64,000 bases of DNA from the human T2T-CHM13v2.0 reference genome, Homo sapiens. Shown here one piece after another: positions 58,536 through 64,000 of this stretch. Both the position numbers and the translations under genes were made by a program. The notes beneath the pieces are model-generated. The model ran no database searches, was not told where the DNA came from, and was given only the letters and a program-made list of their open reading frames with translations. The DNA is taken from NCBI RefSeq assembly GCF_009914755.1, contig NC_060930.1. One strand, given 5' to 3'. Numbering within the stretch: position 1 is the first letter of the stretch; every line of letters begins with the position of its first letter.

Positions 58536-59911
58536 TCCATAAATTTCTTATCTTATGCTTTGTGTTTTTGAAGTTTTTTAAAAATGATACTTTGCCTGTA
58601 CCTACTCCATAGTTTCACCTAGATTTCACCTTTATATGGGGATTAGATGAGGATTCTAATTTATTTTCTATCTATTTGATAATCTACCTTTCCCTTTTGA
58701 TTTTGGTGCCATTTTATTTTTTTGTTAAATTATTTTATATATGGACCCACTTCTATTACACTGGTGTATTTGTCCATTGCTAGGTTAATACTACATTATT
58801 TTTATGACTGTTATCTGGAGGTATGTCTTGGCATATAATAGAGCAATTCTCTTACCTTCGTTTTTGCTTTTCCTTGTCTCCTTTTGCTTGGAAAATTACT
58901 GTGACCCATCTTTGTTCCCACACAGAAAAAACATTTTTGAGAAATACAAAATGTATGATCAAATCCTATAAAAATTCTAATAAAATATAAACATTAATCA
59001 TGTAATATCCCAATACTATAGAAAAATGCCATTAAATTTTTCCTATACAGAATATACACAAGCTACATAAATTTTTCAGAATAACTTAAAAGGCATTAAA
59101 TAAATGTCAAAGCCTGGAAATAATATTATAAATCAGAACAGCCAAAGAATAAGATAACAAAAATAAAAAGAAAAGTGTCAGAATTTAGGTATAAGAAACA
59201 AAAAGTAGAAGGAAAATATTTTAAAAATTAGCCTAATTGAGAAGAAAGATAAAGGTTCATAGATATCACATAAAGCACAGTAAAATAAGTGATATAAAAT
59301 GAATACAAATAATTAGAACTAAAGGTAAAAGTTTATAAGAAAAATCACAGATCTAGAAGACAGGCAAAGGATATATATGATATATTTATTTGTAAACTGA
59401 GAAAATAACCAAGTCATAGGTTAGAATGCATATTTTTAACCTGCAATATCAATACCAAATTTTCACCAATAATTGTGATTACAAATGGAAAAGCTCCCTG
59501 GGAATTTGGACATGAATGACGAATTCTGAGATATACCCTTTTAAAATGATTAAACATTAAATATTTAAAAAGCGTCTGTTGGGTATTCAGGAAAATGACT
59601 AATGAAGACAAGCCATTAGTTAAAAAAAAAAAAAATTCAGCATAGAAAGAAAGAAAATCAAATTAGCACCAGACTTCTCAGCTGTGCTATTTTATGCAAA
59701 AAGATCTTAGAGCAACATTATTTAGATACTTAAAAAAGAAAATGTGAGCCAGGTATTTTTAATTTCATCACACTTTCAGAAGTATCAAAAATGAGAGGGA
59801 ACTAAAGATTGCCAAATAAGAAATTAATATAAATATATCCAATAAAAAACAGTACAGACTTTCTTAAAAATCAGAAGAAGTACACATGGTGAAATACTTT
59901 AGAAAGATGCA

Positions 59912-59916
<5 letters not shown>

Positions 59917-59946
<30 letters not shown>
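59917..59946. repeat. (GT)n microsatellite, about 15 units
   Basis: Pure gt run. Confidence 0.95.
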
Positions 59947-59950
<4 letters not shown>

Positions 59951-59975
59951 GTATGGCAGAACTACCACTAGCTTA

Positions 59976-60412
<437 letters not shown>

Positions 60413-62478
60413 AAAAACTAATATGGCCAAGGCACAACAACGAAGAAAACAACTAGAAAGTACTATTAGTTTCCCAAGTTGAGATAATTATACATTAAAA
60501 TATAGCTGCGGTTGAATAAAACATATTCAGCATATGAAAACAAATTGGATGAATGTACAGAATAATTTTGGGATAAAGGTAATAAAGATTGCTATGCTTT
60601 ATTGCTCCTGTTTATAATGGGACTGCTTTCAGTGTTTCACCATTAAATATTTTTTGTTTTTAATCTGCTACTAAGATTTTATTCAAACAGGAATGGTTTT
60701 GGAAATTTAATGAAAGGATTTATTAGTTAATTAATATGCATATAATATTTTGTTTAATTTGAGCAAGAAATAAAATGAATTCTAATAAATTTATCAAATT
60801 AAGTCATTTACTTACTCTTGGAATAAATGATGCTCACTACTTATCCTTGAGAGTATGAAACATCTCACCTATAAAAATATATACAGTAGTCTGAAAGCCT
60901 TTTCGGTATCTTTTTCTAGATTTTATTCTGTTAATATTATTTATTCTTATATATTTTATTCTTTAAATGTTTGTGTGTTTTTAAAATCATAGTGACATTA
61001 CATTTGGTGAAAATAGTAACAATTTTTAGTTTTTTAAATTTTCTTTTATATACTTGCTATCCCAAAATCCCTAGCCTGTCTTACAAATATAATAGATATT
61101 TAACAAATAATTTCTAATTGATTGATTTTATAATTATCAATTTTAAAATGTTTCCTGGAATAATTTTGTCTTTTGATAGCTCAAATATAAATGAATATTT
61201 TCCATTTATTTTAATATATTCTCATAGTCATCTCAGCATCAGATGCATCTCTTTCTTTGGTACTTCTCAGGGTACCATTAATATGAATGTATTCACAATT
61301 ATGTTTACTCACCTCAATCTATTACTTTCTGACATTGTCTTTTGATCTCTTCAACCTTGGTAACTATTATCACATTAAGCAACCTTTTACAATTATTAGT
61401 ATTTAGCAAAGAATAACCCAAGGAGCAATTAAATGTGTTGGCCCTCTTGTAGTCTGTAATTTTCCCTTTTCCTATTAAGTAGTGGACTTACACTCTGCAG
61501 TGACATTCTTTTGATTCTCAGGCACTTACAGTAAGTGTTTCCTTATTTCTTTTTATAAGCTCTGCTAATCGGGTTTCATTCTGTGACTCTGTCTCATGAC
61601 TTTGCCCTAACACAGACCAAGTAATTACTACTCTTACATTTTTACCTTGTAACTACATTTTCCCTGACTTTTTAATGTAATTTCAACAGTGCCCTATGCT
61701 CAAGTTAGGGCACTGTAGGTTTCTGAAGGTGATTTTCTGAGATGAGACATATAATCAAAGTCCTAACTCCTTCTGTTCATAGCACTTATTGGAATACATT
61801 GTACACTAATCTTTCTGCACTTAAAAACATCAGAAATTTGAAACATTTATTTTAAACAACAAATGGATATTATTATGAATATTTGGCTTAATTTTCCAGG
61901 AGTGAACTTCTACTAAAAAATCGGATTTTAATCTAAGAATAAATGGGCACAAAAAAGCCTAAATAATTCAATTATAATTAACAAGTTTCTTGGTTGTTTT
62001 TATATATATCTAATTGATTTTGTAGAAAAAAAAGAGGAAAGAAGAAAGAAAAAGAAAGAAAGAAAAAAGATCAATAAATAAAGAAAACCTCAGTATAAAA
62101 TAAAACATTTTTCATTATCAATTATGGTATATGTTTCATACAATTCTAGGTGTAGTAAATTGTTCAAGTTTACTGAAAAATGTGTGCATGAAGAACTGTG
62201 GTAATGAAATTGAAGGTCGAACAGTTCATATACTACAAGGGAACAATCTGGTCCCAAACCTTATTATTCAGCATGGCCAGCCACATATATGGCCAACTGG
62301 CTTTGGCAGTGGGATAGGAACTTCATGAAAAAATCTATTGTTTACTCCCAAATTAGCTGCTCCTGCAACTCAAAGATTACTATCTCTTTGTGTACCTTAG
62401 GTACCTTAGGTTTCCAGAGCTTACAGGGATGATCTCTTGGGTGGTAAACATCTCCTAGGTCATTTTGGTTCATGAAGG

Positions 62479-62479
<1 letters not shown>

Positions 62480-62532
<53 letters not shown>
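62480..62532. repeat. (CA)n microsatellite, about 26 units
   Basis: Uninterrupted ca run; source of ORF 62342..62527. Confidence 0.97.
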
Positions 62533-62535
<3 letters not shown>

Positions 62536-64000
62536 ATTAGAATTCAATTTTAGATCCACTAAAACTCTATTTGTTATTATTGTAAATTAGTGTTATTATT
62601 GTAAACTTTTCTTTAATTTCCAGATTCTCTGAAAATTCCATTTGAAACACTGAAAAAACACCATCTATTTTCTTTTGGAAAATGGTAAGTGGAATTGATC
62701 ACCCAGCCTAAAATAGATTGTGCAGAGGTATATATTTGCTTTAATTTATGGCAATGTGTATATTTCAGCTTAATGAATATTTTACTCTTGGGAACAGTTA
62801 GAGAATGGATTGCAGTGCTTTGATGCAGAGGAGCAAAGGGGATCATGTTTTGTTCTGATTGATTTCCCTGTTTAATCTCAGACAGTCTCAGGATGTTGTG
62901 AAGCCGTAGTTTAATATTCTATAAAAATGAAATATATTTTATGGAAACTAAAACAAGAAAACTTACTTTCATTGGATTATGGAACGTTTGGTGTATTAAA
63001 CATTTGCCGAGCAACGCAAAGGGAAACCAATTCAATTGTCTGGCCAAAACTTTGTCTCACCAGGCATCTTTTCATATTATGAATTTTTATCATTTTTTGA
63101 GAATTTAAAAGAATCGTGACTGACAACTTAAAACCTAAATATGCTGCCAAGGCAGCACCAGGGCAGCAATGGTGCAGAAGAGAGGGAAGGAGATTGAGTG
63201 ACTGTCAATGATCATAATTGTGTGCATAGCAGCAATAGCTCTGTACACAGCACAGTCTAAATGAAATGTCTTTCTCCCTGGGTCTTATAGTCTGACGTGA
63301 TCATACTGACAACCAAAAAAGGGCTGCCTTATTTTCTTTTTCTTTGAAAAAGGAGTTTCTCTTTATTTTCCTTTGTCAGTCACTTGTTAGTGGAATCTAA
63401 CTAAAGAAAATGCATGAAAAATATCTGAACAATTGGCATCCAAATTAAGCTAAGTAAACTTTGACTTTTGATATTAGCATTACTGTCTTTTTGCTACACA
63501 AAATTAATGTAGTCCATCTGAGAACATTTAAACGAGCACAATATAAAATTTAAAATTATGTATAATAACCACACTATCCAGAGATAACCTCTGTTGAATT
63601 TTTATTTATATCTTTCTATTTATCAATCATACATCTAAATTTAATAATTTTAGGCACAGTTGGGACTGTAGTCTGTTTATTTGGTTAAATTGTCATTTGT
63701 TAATTCAATATAGCTCTGTAAATTTCCTGTTGTTTTAAAGATTCTTCTCTATGATCACATTCATTTTTTTGGCAACTAAATTTTAGGGATGTGCCAGAGT
63801 TTATTTGTAAATCAAACTTCTAAAAGAAAACCACTTTACTTATCAGAGTTCAAAATAACAATGTTTGAAATTGTAAACATTTGTGTGATTAAGTAGAGAG
63901 ATAACTTACTCATTTCTTTTTTTGTCATATTTGCTCAAATCACTTAGACTTCCTGTTTTTTGTATTCCATAAAGTTACACTTTACTGTGTGGTTTCATAG

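Larger units (their letters stand above)
57510..58900 (-). mobile_element. Ancient L1ME 3' region with MADE2 and MIR insertions
   Basis: catactcaccagcaggatatgaagcttcct..acatccctgccaaca; gcagttttaatttgaatttttccgattacta. Confidence 0.6.

Overview
AT-rich primate (probably human) genomic DNA, intergenic or deep intronic. More than half of it is interspersed repeats: eight Alus, a 3.9-kb 5'-truncated L1PA with a broken ORF2, older L1PA/L1MA/L1M fragments, L2, MIR, L3, MaLR and other LTRs, and DNA-transposon MITEs (MER2, MER5A, Tigger4b, Tigger13a, MER94, MER45, MADE2). I see no intact protein-coding gene, RNA gene, CpG island or prokaryotic-type system; most ORF-track entries are Alu/L1 translations or chance ORFs. 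The best non-repeat candidate is a possible decayed two-exon coding gene on the minus strand (3296-2542): splice acceptor, Kozak ATG, 72-nt intron and about 214 codons in one frame with four internal stops, none TAA. I do not recognise the protein, so it remains a hypothesis. Other observations are mutational scars (twin-primed L1 inversions, a templated-insertion scar, a tandem duplication next to a 24-bp palindrome), nested insertions and a few exon-like or enhancer-like unique blocks. Repeat subfamilies were assigned by eye from remembered consensus sequences, and boundaries of old repeats are approximate.
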